DNA from: Hydrolagus affinis | Taxonomy: Eukaryota | NCBI GenBank assembly: GCA_012026655.1 | Contig: JAAILG010001090.1 | Coordinates: 1 to 64,000 of the forward strand | DNA length: 64,000 bases | Direction: 5' to 3' | Translations under genes and position numbers: made by a program | The notes under the pieces: model-generated | Told to the model about the DNA's origin: nothing | Databases searched by the model: none | What the model saw: the letters and a program-made list of their open reading frames with translations, nothing else | Shown: positions 25,750 to 37,853 of the stretch, in pieces | Layout: each line of letters starts with the position of its first letter | Position numbering within the stretch: the stretch's first letter is position 1

Positions 25750-27170
25750 TTTCTGTGTGAGTTGGAAAATAAATTAGTGAACATACCCACTGAGTCATGG
25801 ATTCCTGCTGTTACTTGTAGAATACCACGAGTCAGATACTACAAATAAATAGCTTCACTGAACTATTAACATAAAGGTGATTCATTTTGTTAGAATTAAT
25901 AGAAATTAATAATCATTTATTAGACCACAATTGTCGGATTTATCTTGAAAAGATAGACAAACTAGAAACACACACAAGAGTCTGGATGCTCCTGAAAGCA
26001 CACTGATTGTGTTGAGAAATCTTCTAATCGTCTGGTTCCAGATCGTAATTCCCTATCGTTAGTAACATCAATAGACAGAGTGAGAAATAGGCAAACTTAA
26101 TTCAAAAGGTTATTGAACTTTGATAGAGAAGCCAATGAATCATTGGCAGCCTTTCGAATTCACTCTGTATGTTGAATTGTATTGATTTATCGGCCTTGTC
26201 TACTGCACAATCCTGTCACGGTGTTAGTTCTTTTGAAGCGATAAGAGTATTCTGTCATTTTAGCCTTGGTAGACATTTGGCCCATAAAACAGTGTGTTGA
26301 CTCAACAATTTCTTTCTGATTTTTTCACTCCATAAACTTGTAAATTGTCTGAAATTCACACTTCAGATTAGATGCATTATTAGATTTTATTTGGGGGTCA
26401 GTCAGCTGTCTGATACATGAAGAAACACCATCACCTTGCTTAGGAGTATCTAAACTAGACTATCATGTTAGGCATTTGGTAAGGTTTAGATAAACATATT
26501 TATGAAACCAAAATGAGTAATGTTAATATATCATTAACATTTGGACCAAACTGTCTACATAATTGCTTTTTAAACTTAAGAGTTAGGCCAGGTTTAGAGT
26601 GAACATGTCTAAAGTATGCTGACATAGATCTTTATTTTATTTGGTCTGAGCAACACTTCTCTTTCAAATTTATTAAAGTGCTCTTCATGCTAAATCCTCT
26701 GAAAACCTGGAAATGACCACAACAGCAATAAAGAAGGAAGAAGTGATGTGTCCGTGTAATTACAACACTTTGGCAGAGATTCTTATAGTTGTTAGTTGTG
26801 TTCAACAGACCCAATGTGGCGAATCTAATCAATCGGACTTTCAACTGCTTGATGTTTCGTTCTTTCTTATTTTCCTACCAATTACTCTGTTCTTCTCTTC
26901 CCTGGACACTTAATAATCATTGATTCGGAGGCTGGTGAGAAGTGCACCATCATGCCCAAAAGCAGTTCTGTCTTGTAATTACAATAAATTAGAAATGGGA
27001 CTCTTTAACCAAGTGTGACCACGCAAAATGGAATTGTATGCCCAGCACTGCATTTTGAAGAAGAATAGGAATTCACATCAATTCTTGTCAAATCCAAGGG
27101 GATTTGTCCATTTGAATTTAAATCGGCCGTTCTGTTTTAAGGTTCAACCCTGTTTTACACTCCAGACAAT
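25750..27170 (-). pseudogene. Ancient Buster/SPIN (GTF2IRD2-like) hAT transposase fossil
   Basis: Ordered motifs: KQNGRFKFKWT (~27135), VKESH (cf. VLKEYN), LDMFTLNLA*LL (26612-26577, cf. LDESTDxxxxAQLL), GDGVSS (~26430, cf. TDGAxxM) and THCFM (26297-26283, cf. THCxIH). Confidence 0.65.
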
Positions 27171-27959
27171 GAATGAGTTTTTATTTGACAGACTTGGTGC
27201 TCAAAGTTCAATGCAATTAAAGTATCTACTCATTCCATGAGTGGGATCTAGTATCAATTATAAGTTCAATCATGAAACGGATCAATTGCATGCGGGTCTG
27301 GATTACGTTGATTATGCAGAATTTCAGAGCATACGGAATGTGTCAAATTCTGAACAAAACCACCTTAATTTAGAAGTTTTCCATACATTCTTTAAAGAAC
27401 AACAGAGAACCGGCTTCAAAGTTAAGCCTGGATTCACTCCAACGTAACAATTTCATAAAGGAGTACACATAAAGAACTAGAAATGCATTGTATATGCATT
27501 GGAGTACATTTGGGTCAGTTTTTAGTTAAATTCAGCATTTAATGTATTTCAATGCCTCATTTTGTTCAGCAGCACTATTAAACTGGAGTAGATTACAGCC
27601 AGTTGATTATAACTACCTCGTACCTCTATTTTTCAATGTATATTGATTTTATTTGTGCAATTCACTGAAGGACCTCCAATATTCATTAGTTACTGTTTAC
27701 AAATAGCAGCTTTGTGCCTCAGTTCAAGCCTCGCAAGGAGGATTGTGTAATTTTTAAATAAAATAAGATGGAATAGATATTTTTGGAACTGGTTCAACTT
27801 CTAAATTGGTGATTACAAGGTAACATGACGTCTTTAATTATTCTTTGATTTTAAATTAGAAAATCAATTTTGAATTGTAATTTTAAAATATTACGTAATA
27901 GAAGAAAACAATTCTCAATTGTTAGCCCGACCTGCTGGTAATAAAGACTGAAACGTGTC

Positions 27960-28131
27960 AATGGGAGGGTATTTCACCTACACAATACGCATAATCACAC
28001 CACTTTACCTGTGAAACACCTTGGGATTTCTTGACAATGAGATAAGGTGCTAAATCATTATTATTAGTAGTATTAGTCATAGTAGTACAACATCAAATAA
28101 GGATTATTATAATATGCTATATATATGTGTG

Positions 28132-28163
<32 letters not shown>
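27960..28163 (+). repeat. Degenerate SINE tail followed by (TA)n(GA)n
   Basis: ctgtgaaacaccttggga..ataaggtgct..attattatt; microsatellite at 28118-28163. Confidence 0.6.
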
Positions 28164-28309
28164 AATACTGATACTGAAACTCAATTCTTCAATGGACAAA
28201 TCATGGACCTTTTGTAATGCTTAGAAACATTAAGTTCCAGCTGATAAGAATTCACAGGTGCACATTGTGTTATCTTGCTGATGTGAAAGTTCTATTCTGA
28301 ACCCCTGCT

Positions 28310-28806
28310 GGAATATTACCAGCTAAAACCATCCTTCCTGCTGCATGTCCAGCTAAAATAATCCGATCCGTTAAAATAATCTCTTGCAGGATTATCAGGA
28401 GCCGGAGGGGAAGAATCTCATTCTTCAATGACATGCCTCCCTCCAAGTTCCCTTGATGAGACAAACAGGTTTGTCAATCGACAATAGCCAGTCTTTTCTG
28501 ATCAGTCAATGCCCACATGACAAGGTGGATTTATTTGCCAGCAACAGCTGTAGTTTAAGCATGTAGTCAACCTTCATAAACAGTTCATTCTCTCTTAGGC
28601 ATCCTGCCCTTTTTCAACTTCCCACTCTTGCTAAATACGCAATGTAGACATTCCACAATATTGAAAGCATTCTGAAGAACTGTCGCAGAATATTCCACAA
28701 CCACTATCATCAGAAGGTGAGGCCTCCTCTGGATTCTTTCAGTAATGGATCAAGTCTGCGCTTTCCCAATGAAGTCGACATCAACCAGATCACTGCATGG
28801 TGTTGA
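28310..28806 (+). pseudogene. hAT C-terminal (dimerisation) remnant, possibly CGGBP1-like
   Basis: LPTLAKYAM*..CRRIF (cf. P.LAKxA..ERxFS) at ~28618-28696, preceded by an HP..KII..DP-like segment. Confidence 0.35.
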
Positions 28807-29571
28807 CACCAAACACAATGCATCGCACAGAAAAACACACATGTACTAATTATGTGTAGGATCACATTGGATTAATTTCAGTGTCCCAAATCATCAGTGT
28901 AAAAAAATGTGACAGCAAAGAAAGGAAGTTATGTGATTTAAATGGATTTGCAGTTCTGTATCTCTTGCACCTCAGAGAGTGCACTGGAGGTAATTGGAAT
29001 TGAACCAGCTAAATTTCATAGCTTGCCAATGACTGCACTGACTGTCAAGCTTCCTGCTGCTTGTCCAACAAGGACTACCCTAACCTATAGGGCTTTGGCT
29101 TGCAGCGTTAATAGGAGCTGAGTGTGAAGAATTCCTACTCTCAGTCGGTGGATCAAAGCACATGATATTAATCAGAATATTACATACCAATTTATTAAAC
29201 CATGCACCCCATTTTAAAACCTAGAAATTGGAAAAGTGCATTAATGATATGCATACCCTACCTATAAGCAATTAAGTTAAGAAGTGCCTTTAGCTAACAG
29301 AAGATGTGAAGGAACACACATTAGAAATTAATGATCAACGAGATAATTGAAAAACCCAGGTTTGACATTTGTAGTTCCCCTTCCCAAATGGCCATGACAA
29401 ATTCCAATCAGACCCCGGCAATTGTTCATTATCCCCCACTGGCAACATGTCCAGAAGCTAAGGCGCACAAATCCTTACAACTCTCCCCTCCAGCAGCAAA
29501 AAATAAAATATAAAAAGAATGTAAAATATTTAATTTGATTTTACAATAAATCAGTGTCAACCTGACACAGA

Positions 29572-29953
29572 GGTAGCACTCTCTCCTCTGAGTCAGAAGG
29601 TTGTATGTTCAAGTCCCATGTCGGGACTAGGAATCGCATAATCCATCTGATAATCCAGTGTGTTGCATTATCCTTCGGTTGAGACATTAAACCGAGGTCC
29701 CATCTGCATCTTCAGGTGGATATTAACGATCCCGTAGCACTACTTGAGAAGGAAGTTTCTCCCGGTGTGCTGGCCAATAATCCCCCAAAGAAAATTGGTT
29801 ACTTAATGCATGGCTGTTAGTGGGACATTGCTGTGTGCGATTGGCATTTCGCCCACCAAATACAGTCAATTCACTTTACATTATGTTCTGTGAAGCTTGA
29901 GATGCCTCAAAGACATGATATGGCGCTATATCAAATGCAAAGATTATTGTTAT
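29572..29953 (+). mobile_element. Deu-domain SINE (SacSINE1/AmnSINE1-related), near full length
   Basis: tRNA-like head ggtagcactctc.cctctgagtcagaaggttgt.tgttcaagtccc; Deu core gagacattaaaccgaggtcc..gatccc.tagcactact..cccggtgtgctggccaa; L2-type tail. Confidence 0.85.
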
Positions 29954-32900
29954 ATGGGAACAGCACTCCTTCTGAGTGTGTAATAATGCTGCAAATATTA
30001 CATTTTGAAATATAATTTTGGGAGCTTTTGCTGACAATAGTATAATCACAGTATTAATTCCCACATACATGATGGAGAAATTAATAAATACTGGAGAGGG
30101 ATTGGGAGAGGGAAATCATGGTGGATGAAGAATAATTACCAGCACAGCATAATCTTAAGCAATCACTTACTAAATATAGTAACAAATCTCCCTTTAGTTG
30201 TGTCACACAGGAACCATTAGTATGCGTTAAAATCAGAGAGGAAAATTGTATTGAATATGACAAGTTCAATCAATTCATTATGAAGCACACAGATTTAGCC
30301 TTGGAAAGATGAGTGTAGTAAAAATGAAGCACATGAAGTATGTGCAAAATATGTGATAAAGTAGCACACAAATAGGATGTATCTGTATCACATATGGGAA
30401 AATATAATCCCTTGACATTGAACTGGCATAAACCTGCTATTTTGTGCATATCGTTTATCAAACTATATACATTAGATGGACTCTGCTGAAATTGCAGGAT
30501 CTACAATATTCAAATGAAGTTACAGTACATTTAAGATAAATTTTAACAGATCCCTCGATATTTACATACATTCCTTAACTGCCCTGATGTGAGTTTGATG
30601 TACATCCTCATTCTGAAAATGAAACACTTAACACTAACTCATGGCATTCTCGTTTCCATGGGAAAGAGAAGTCCTGGACAATTTCATACATATGCATATT
30701 TAACTTGCAGCATCGGTTTGACAGTAAATTGATTATTTTTATATTTATTTGAAATGGATTCAATAGCATTCTGACTCAGAGGTATATTCCCTCATGACTA
30801 AATCAGCAGCTTGACTGTTGTGAAGAAAGGAATAGAAGCCACTCCAAAAATGAGTTACCTCCAGAGTGAGGACCAGCAATTAGGGCTGTTTGTGGGAAAC
30901 CAATCTGGTGAGGCAAAGATTTTGTAACCAGCTTTTGGCTAAACTATTAGGCTGAAGTCAAGGGAAAGGGAATGTGTTTCTTATTCAATACACAAAACAC
31001 GTTCAATGACATATCAAGCCTGCTAAGAAACCTGGCTTTCACCATGACAAGTGACAAGGGCTGCAGGAATATCAATTAGTAATTTGGGAAAATGTTGGCA
31101 GGAAGAAAGTAGAATGGGAGAGCGGAGCACATTAGGTTGAAAACTCAGTATCATCTGAAACATCCAAACTATTCTTTAGTGGCTTTATAGTCTAAGTTTT
31201 AATGTGATTGTGGTCCCAAGTAGCCTTTTTTTTTACGGCCACCCCTCCCTCCAACACCCCTGGTTCGGAGTCAGGCTCCATCACCGTTAAGCACTTTGAG
31301 ACACTACCCAGCATGGAAGCTGCTATATAAGTCTAAGTTGTTGTTGTTTTGTCAAATATATTAATCAGTATAGAGATCCAACTAATCAATTGAAAGACTT
31401 TTTTTAAAATCAGCGATTTATCCCTCAATACCTGTATATTCAGATAGTGACCAAATAATTCATTTCTAAGATTTGCAGTAATACAACTGTTTAGACAAAT
31501 AAGCAAAAAGCAGAAGGCTGCTCAGAAATGAATAAAACTGGGAAACCTATTTTGAATAAATGTGAGTAATATTTTTTTGAGTCATCCAAGCTCCAAGATC
31601 CAAAGTATTGGATTAGGTTATATAATACAAGTACAATACAATGTATATTTACAGAGTGCATTTCACATTGGGTGGACATTTCAGAGTGCTTAACGTGTTA
31701 GACATATACAAATGGTTTTGGGAGTGATTGCACACATCACACTCACTTTCCAATCCAACCTTTGTATGATCCAAGAATGACAAGAACAGATTTTATTTTG
31801 CATCAGTGCACTGGCAGGATGGGCTGGCTATAAAATTCTCAAACGGTAAACTGCAAGATAGTCCCATGGTGATAAAGAGAAAAACATAACTGGTAGTTAG
31901 GAATTGAATCCTATGGATTGTCAGCATTCAGTCGCACAGTTAATGTTCTGACAAAGGTGGGAATTGGTGGGAATTGGTAGAAAGGGATGGAATTGTTTTT
32001 ATTGGATGGAAATATATCCTAGATAACCTCATACCAAAATATTTACAGTTCAAAATTAAAGGAACATTGTTACAACATCAGGCAGTTTTCAGATCAGTCA
32101 TTATACTCCCCAAAGAAAAGGGGAAAAAATGTAAAGGAACTCGAACCGGAATGAGTAATGGGATCCTTCTCCAGGCCTGGAATTGAGGCTATTGTCAATG
32201 GCAGCAGGCAGGACATGGACTGCGCAATACTTTTCTGCCCTGGTCTCTCTTCCTGCTTCTAAAGAGATTGCATTGTCTCAGGAAGACAACAGCCTTTGTT
32301 CCATAATAACAATTTATAAGGTGGTAGCTTTGATTAAAATTACTTCCTCCCAGTGGGAACATTCCCCAAAACTGGCGATGTGGCTGTAGAGTTTTTTTTT
32401 AGAAATCAGTCCCATTGCTACTATAAATAACTGAAAGTTGTTAAGTGCTTGACATCTACCAGCTTGATGCTACTATAATGCATAAATCTTTGTACGTTTT
32501 ATTTTGATACTTGCCAAAGTCTTAAATCTCTGACGCACAAAATGCTTCTAACCATCTAATGCATCTGTCAATTTTAGGTTCATACACACCCACGCATGCA
32601 CAGACACCCACACATAAACTGAAAGGGTGATTGCAGAAGTGAAGCCCAGGTACACTAATAAAATCAGAACCTAAAAAACATGTCAATAGGGTCTCACAGA
32701 TTTGTGAAGGAGATCGTGTGGGGGAGGAAATCTTTCCAAAGGGCAGCCTTCCAAATTTAACATGTTATTACCTAACAGTACTGCTTTTATTGTACGCTTG
32801 GATCCTGAAATTCTGTTGTGCTTTGGCAGAAATGTTGATTTTAACTCAGAAACTTGAAAACAGTCAAAGAATGATTGTGCACTTTTCTTTGACCTTGATT

Positions 32901-34584
32901 GAATGTGTCTCCCACATAGACATAGGATATGAATAAAATAAAAGATGTGAAACTATAATTTGTCTCATTTGGTCAGAAAATATGCATTCCCATCCTTTTG
33001 AGTTTATGAATGATGTAAATTATACTGTATTTGCGAAGACCAGTGATTCCTACTATCCATTCTATTAATAATGAAAACACAGAGAACTGAATAGATTTCA
33101 ATTATAGACTGGGTGGTGCGGATATGGTAGATATAAAAAAGCTGGTGAATTTGCAAAATAAAGAATCCTGGCAGTGATATACGAGAGTGATTTTCACGTT
33201 ACGGTATTATAGTGCGTATCTTAATAAACCCTTTTTTTTAAATTGAAGATTTATTAGGAGAAATCCAAACAAATGATGAATAACAGAATTTATCACATTA
33301 ATCTAGAAAATAAATTCATTTGCTGGTGCAAAATGGGATGGGCATTTTCCGTTCTGCAGCAAGAATAATGATTTTAAGCAATCGCTGCTTGATATATAGT
33401 AATCACATCAGGTTTAGTTACAATTTATTAAGTAATAAATAAATCCCCCTCCCCCCTCAGAAAACACAGAAAATGGAACAGCTATCTTGCGCAATGTTCC
33501 CCAGGAAAATCCTGCCGAAAAGTAACAGAATTCTCCTAAAATCATAATGTATGACATGTTGGAACTCTCAGTAAAAACATGGATCTATCACCCAGGTCTT
33601 GCCATCAAGATTAATCTACCTTCCATATTAAAGTCATATGCCCCAGCCTTCATGACCACCTAACATTTGTGCCTCCCCTGTAGAAGTGAACATAAGAGCT
33701 TAAGAATTTGATTGCAAGCGACAGAAGTCCAAGATCCATCTTGTTCACCTTCTACCATCCTGGCAGTTGCTTGACAACAACAAAATTACACTTTTAGAGC
33801 GTCTTTCACATCGGGAGGACATCGCAAGGCGCTGAATAGTTAGGTCGGGAACTCAACCTTGACATGTTGTGTCCAAAAGTACAATAACCATTTTATCACG
33901 ACCAACGCACTTTGAGAATATACTTGGCAGCAATCTAACTGTTCAAATGCACTGTATTCATATATTTAGATCGATATGAAATTTGGCAATACATGATGTG
34001 AAATTCCTTTTGGGTCTGGATTAGCTTTGTTTATGTCTCATTTCAGAGTATGCAGAATTTGGCAAATTGTTGAATTCAGTCTTAACTTTGGAACCATTTT
34101 TTCCGCAATTCTTAAAAGAAACTTACAGAAAACTGAATTCACCAAATTCTGGAATGCTGCACAAATAAAGCAAATCTGCATTTTACAGATTGTACACTTT
34201 TTTTTTAACCCAGTACATACAATAAAACTACACGGTAACTTCACTGAAGGTGCTATTTTCTGAAGAAACAATGAAGAAAAGTGTATAATGTTGTGGAATA
34301 AAATTTGAAAAATAGCAAAATCACTTCCAGGCTAATTTCCAAGGCCACTTCATTCAGTGCAATAATTAGTCAATTAATGGATTAATTTCTGTTCTAAAGA
34401 TGGGAGGCTATTCAGGCTTTATAAGGAAAGAAGATAAATGATTTTTCATGCCTGATTGCTAGCAATTTGGATCCACACAAGGGAAATGTTTGTTGTAATA
34501 TCCTCAAGAGATCATTCATTAATAGTGTCTGTGGGATGAATAGTCTCTAAATTATATTGCATTACTTTGATGTTAACAATTTTG

Positions 34585-34928
34585 TTCCTTGTGAAGGCAC
34601 CCCCCCATACCTCTCTAACCTCCTCTCTCCTCACAGCAGCACCCACTGCCTCCACTCTACTGGGTCCAGCCTCCTCCTTGTCCCCAAATCCTCTGCTCCA
34701 CCATCAGCGGCAGTGCTTCTACCCATTACACCCTGAAACTTTGGAGCTCCCTCCCTCAACCCCTTCACCTCAACCCTCCTTTCCCATCCCTCAGGTCGCA
34801 TCTTACTCTTCGACCGCCCTTCAATCACCTTCCCCCTGCTCCTGGCTAGGCCTCAGGCTTCACCATAGCAACGTGCTCTGAGGCATTGCCTGGCGTGGAA
34901 GACGCTATATAAATAACTTGCTGTTGCT
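34585..34928 (+). mobile_element. L2 LINE 3' fragment (second subfamily)
   Basis: Pyrimidine-rich L2 end; aligns with 50590-50978. Confidence 0.8.
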
Positions 34929-35431
34929 GGTCCCAAAACATGTTTTGATGCTTTTACTTTTATTAAAATCGAAAAGAAAGTTTTAAAATACACTCAGCTT
35001 CCCAGGTGTTTATATAACACACTCGAAAAGGTTTCCAAGGTCTCTCTAGATTTTCATGAGTGATATGGGGTGGGTGGAAACCTCATACAATTTGTAGGTA
35101 TTCCACATGGACAATATGGGAAGTTAAAATTCCAATCAGAAAGCTTGCATTGCATATTGTGTCTATGTGATGTGTACATTACATATCACAATGTCTGTCT
35201 ATGGAGGAAAGGGTAAGGGAGATCTAAGACCACTAGTTGTTCACAGACTAACTCTCAGAGTTATTGCCCTTTTGTGCTACTTTCCAACATGTATTAGCAT
35301 TGAAAGTTGAGTTATATTTGTCATTGATTTGCTTCCATGCTTTTTAGGGCTACCACAGTGGTTTTTGATTTTAAAGAGAACTGTTCTCTCTGAACAAACT
35401 TCTTCATTAGATAATCCATCTGCTGAGTAAA

Positions 35432-35670
35432 CCTGGCACTTTCCTTTTCATGTACTTTTGCTTTTCCTCCTTCTTCCGCAGATGGCGAGGATTTATTTCA
35501 TATTCGGATTGCGTTATTGATAAATGATTTAACTTAGCTTCTTCTAATCCCTGGCACTTTCCTTTTCATGCACTTTTGCTTTTCCTCCTTCTTCCGCAGA
35601 TAGCGAGGATTTATTTCGTATTCGGATTGCGTTATTGATAAATGATTTAACTTAGCTTCTTCTAATCCCT
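35432..35670. repeat. 118-bp direct tandem duplication (35432-35549 / 35550-35667)
   Basis: The two copies differ at 3 transitions (tgtac/tgcac, gatgg/gatag, tcata/tcgta). Confidence 0.97.
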
Positions 35671-35850
35671 CAAAAAAAATTGGTCATTTCAATCCAAGAC
35701 TGTTTGTGGGGCACTGCTGTGCGCAATTGGCTACCGTATTTTTCCCCAAAATATACAGTCAATTCACTTTACAGTATATTCTCTGAAGTGCTTTGAGACG
35801 TCTGGAAGACGTGAAAAGCTCTATATCAAATGCAAGGATTATTATTATTT
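35663..35850 (+). mobile_element. 5'-truncated, well-preserved tRNA-Ala SINE
   Basis: Starts at taatccctcaaaa; intact ACGTC-TGGAA-GACGT stem and (ATT)n tail. Confidence 0.92.
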
Positions 35851-37569
35851 CAATCTAAATTGATAGATGTAGCCTGTGTGCTTTTCATACATACTGCAAA
35901 GTAGGAATACACTTTTAAAGACGTGAGTATTTTGTTAGTGTATCTTACAACAACAAAAAAATTGTACTTATATAGCACCTTTCATGTCAGGTGGACATGT
36001 GAGTCAACCATCAAAGCAAAAAGATGACCTCAGATATGTTTAAGTAAATGTATGAGATTTACAAAGAATTACACCGTCTGTTCAAGAAGGACAAAACTGC
36101 TAACAATAGCAAACAACACTGATTCAGTTGGGTAAAATGTACTATGTTGTTGTACTTTGTTCAGCTTTTAGGTTGAAAATTGTTTCAAAACTTTATAAGG
36201 CAACCAAGTAGAAATCAATGTGCAAGTTACATGCTTAGCCAAAAGGTAACAGTGCCTTTTAAAAGGATCTATTAAACAGTTTTAAGAATCAATAAACCTA
36301 TGGAGAACATTGACCTTATTCCGGAGTACTTTTGACAGTGGCAATTACATTTTAAAAAGTAGTTTTTTTTCCCCAATATACTGTATTTGAAACCAAAATG
36401 TTCGAGGCACTGCTCTGTGCTCCTTATTGTTCTATTTTTGTCAGTAACATGGTGACCAGAGTGTACCGTGCAACTAATTTGAAGAGCTTTTGAATCAATG
36501 AGAAAAGTTCACAACAATTGTTAAACCATCCGTGTTCTAGAGTTACTATGTGTAAGGTTTATTGGAATGCAAAATGCTTAAAACTATTTACAAACCAAAT
36601 AAATCATATTTTCCAGCCACCTTTTACTCATATTCAGGCTTCAGAAATTACAAAAACTCTTGCTGTAATGGGTATCTCTAGTAATGAGCTACAGATCAAG
36701 ACTCAAGTGACAATCTCATCTGATACATGAACCTGGCTGTGTTGACCATTAGATATATCAGGAGTTTGTGAAGGAAGTCAGCAGAGAGATCTACAGCATC
36801 AGCAAAATATTTTACTAAGGCAATTGCCATTTTATTATTGGCAGAAGAAAATTTGTCCTTTTAGATTCAATACTGTCCTTTCAACTCTGAGGCTGGGATG
36901 AAATTCAGCCCACATAATTGCTATTTAGATTGCTATCTACGTTCTATATAAACCCAGCTTTAGTAGAAATGAGATCACCTGTAATTTGGCCCTAATTTGC
37001 AATCTCAAAGCTGCATTAACAAAAGCTGTTTTGGAAAATGGTGGCACTACAAGAACACTAATTCTGAGGTAAGGATTAAAGTCTATTATAGCAGGATAGA
37101 GGGAGTTTTATCCACTTAACCTCGGTAATTTCTGACCTTGAAATGCTTGAAGCTGACATCGAGGGAAAAATGTTCTTGCTCCACAATGTTTGATCTCTCA
37201 ATTGCTTAGACCCAAACTTCACATATAGTTTCTGCATTTATATTTAACACAGATGTTTGCTGGCTCATGTTAGTTTTCTGATTTTTGATGCACTTTGCAC
37301 AAAGGAAATTTTGCCATGATCCTTTTGAGCACTTAGCAATTTTCTCTTTTGATGAAATTGAAAGGAGCTCACAAGACATCTGTTCTTTGGAAAGCTCCTT
37401 GCTTCAGTTTACGATGTCATGTTTTATGGGTGATCATAGTCTGTATTTGGTTATCCAACATGGAAAGGGTTTTGGTGAATAGCATATTCCCCAGTCAGTA
37501 GGAAAAGCTTTCTAGCAATCCATTTCAACCATCCAACATAAGCAGAAAAACAATGGAGTCGACACAGTA

Positions 37570-37853
37570 AAATAATAATGATAATCCTTACATTTGGTAA
37601 AGCGCCTTATCACATCTTCAGGTTGTCTCAAAGCGCTTCACACAATATGCTGTAAAGTGAATTGGTTGTATATTTTGTGGGCAAAACAATAACAACTTGC
37701 ATGTAGATAGAGCATTCTTTTCCATGAAGATTCGCCCACAAATATACAGTCAATTCACTTTACAGTATATTCTGTGAAGCGCTTTGGGACATCGATAAGA
37801 TGTGAAAAGCACTATATCAAATGCAAGGATTATTATTATTATTATTATTATTA
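37570..37853. mobile_element. Inverted pair of SINE tails (37570-37687 -, 37731-37853 +)
   Basis: Both truncated at tt.gcccaca; about 45-bp spacer. Confidence 0.85.

Noticed and set aside
28270-28464. Minus-strand ORF (..ILTDRIILAG..NIP) as a Harbinger/THAP-type DDE fragment
   Set aside because: Resemblance to the LADRGF..NIP motif is weak, and the opposite strand fits a hAT C-terminus at least as well; unresolved.
35432-35670. CRISPR-like or satellite array
   Set aside because: Only two adjacent units with no spacers, in a eukaryotic context. No CRISPR array is present anywhere in the window.
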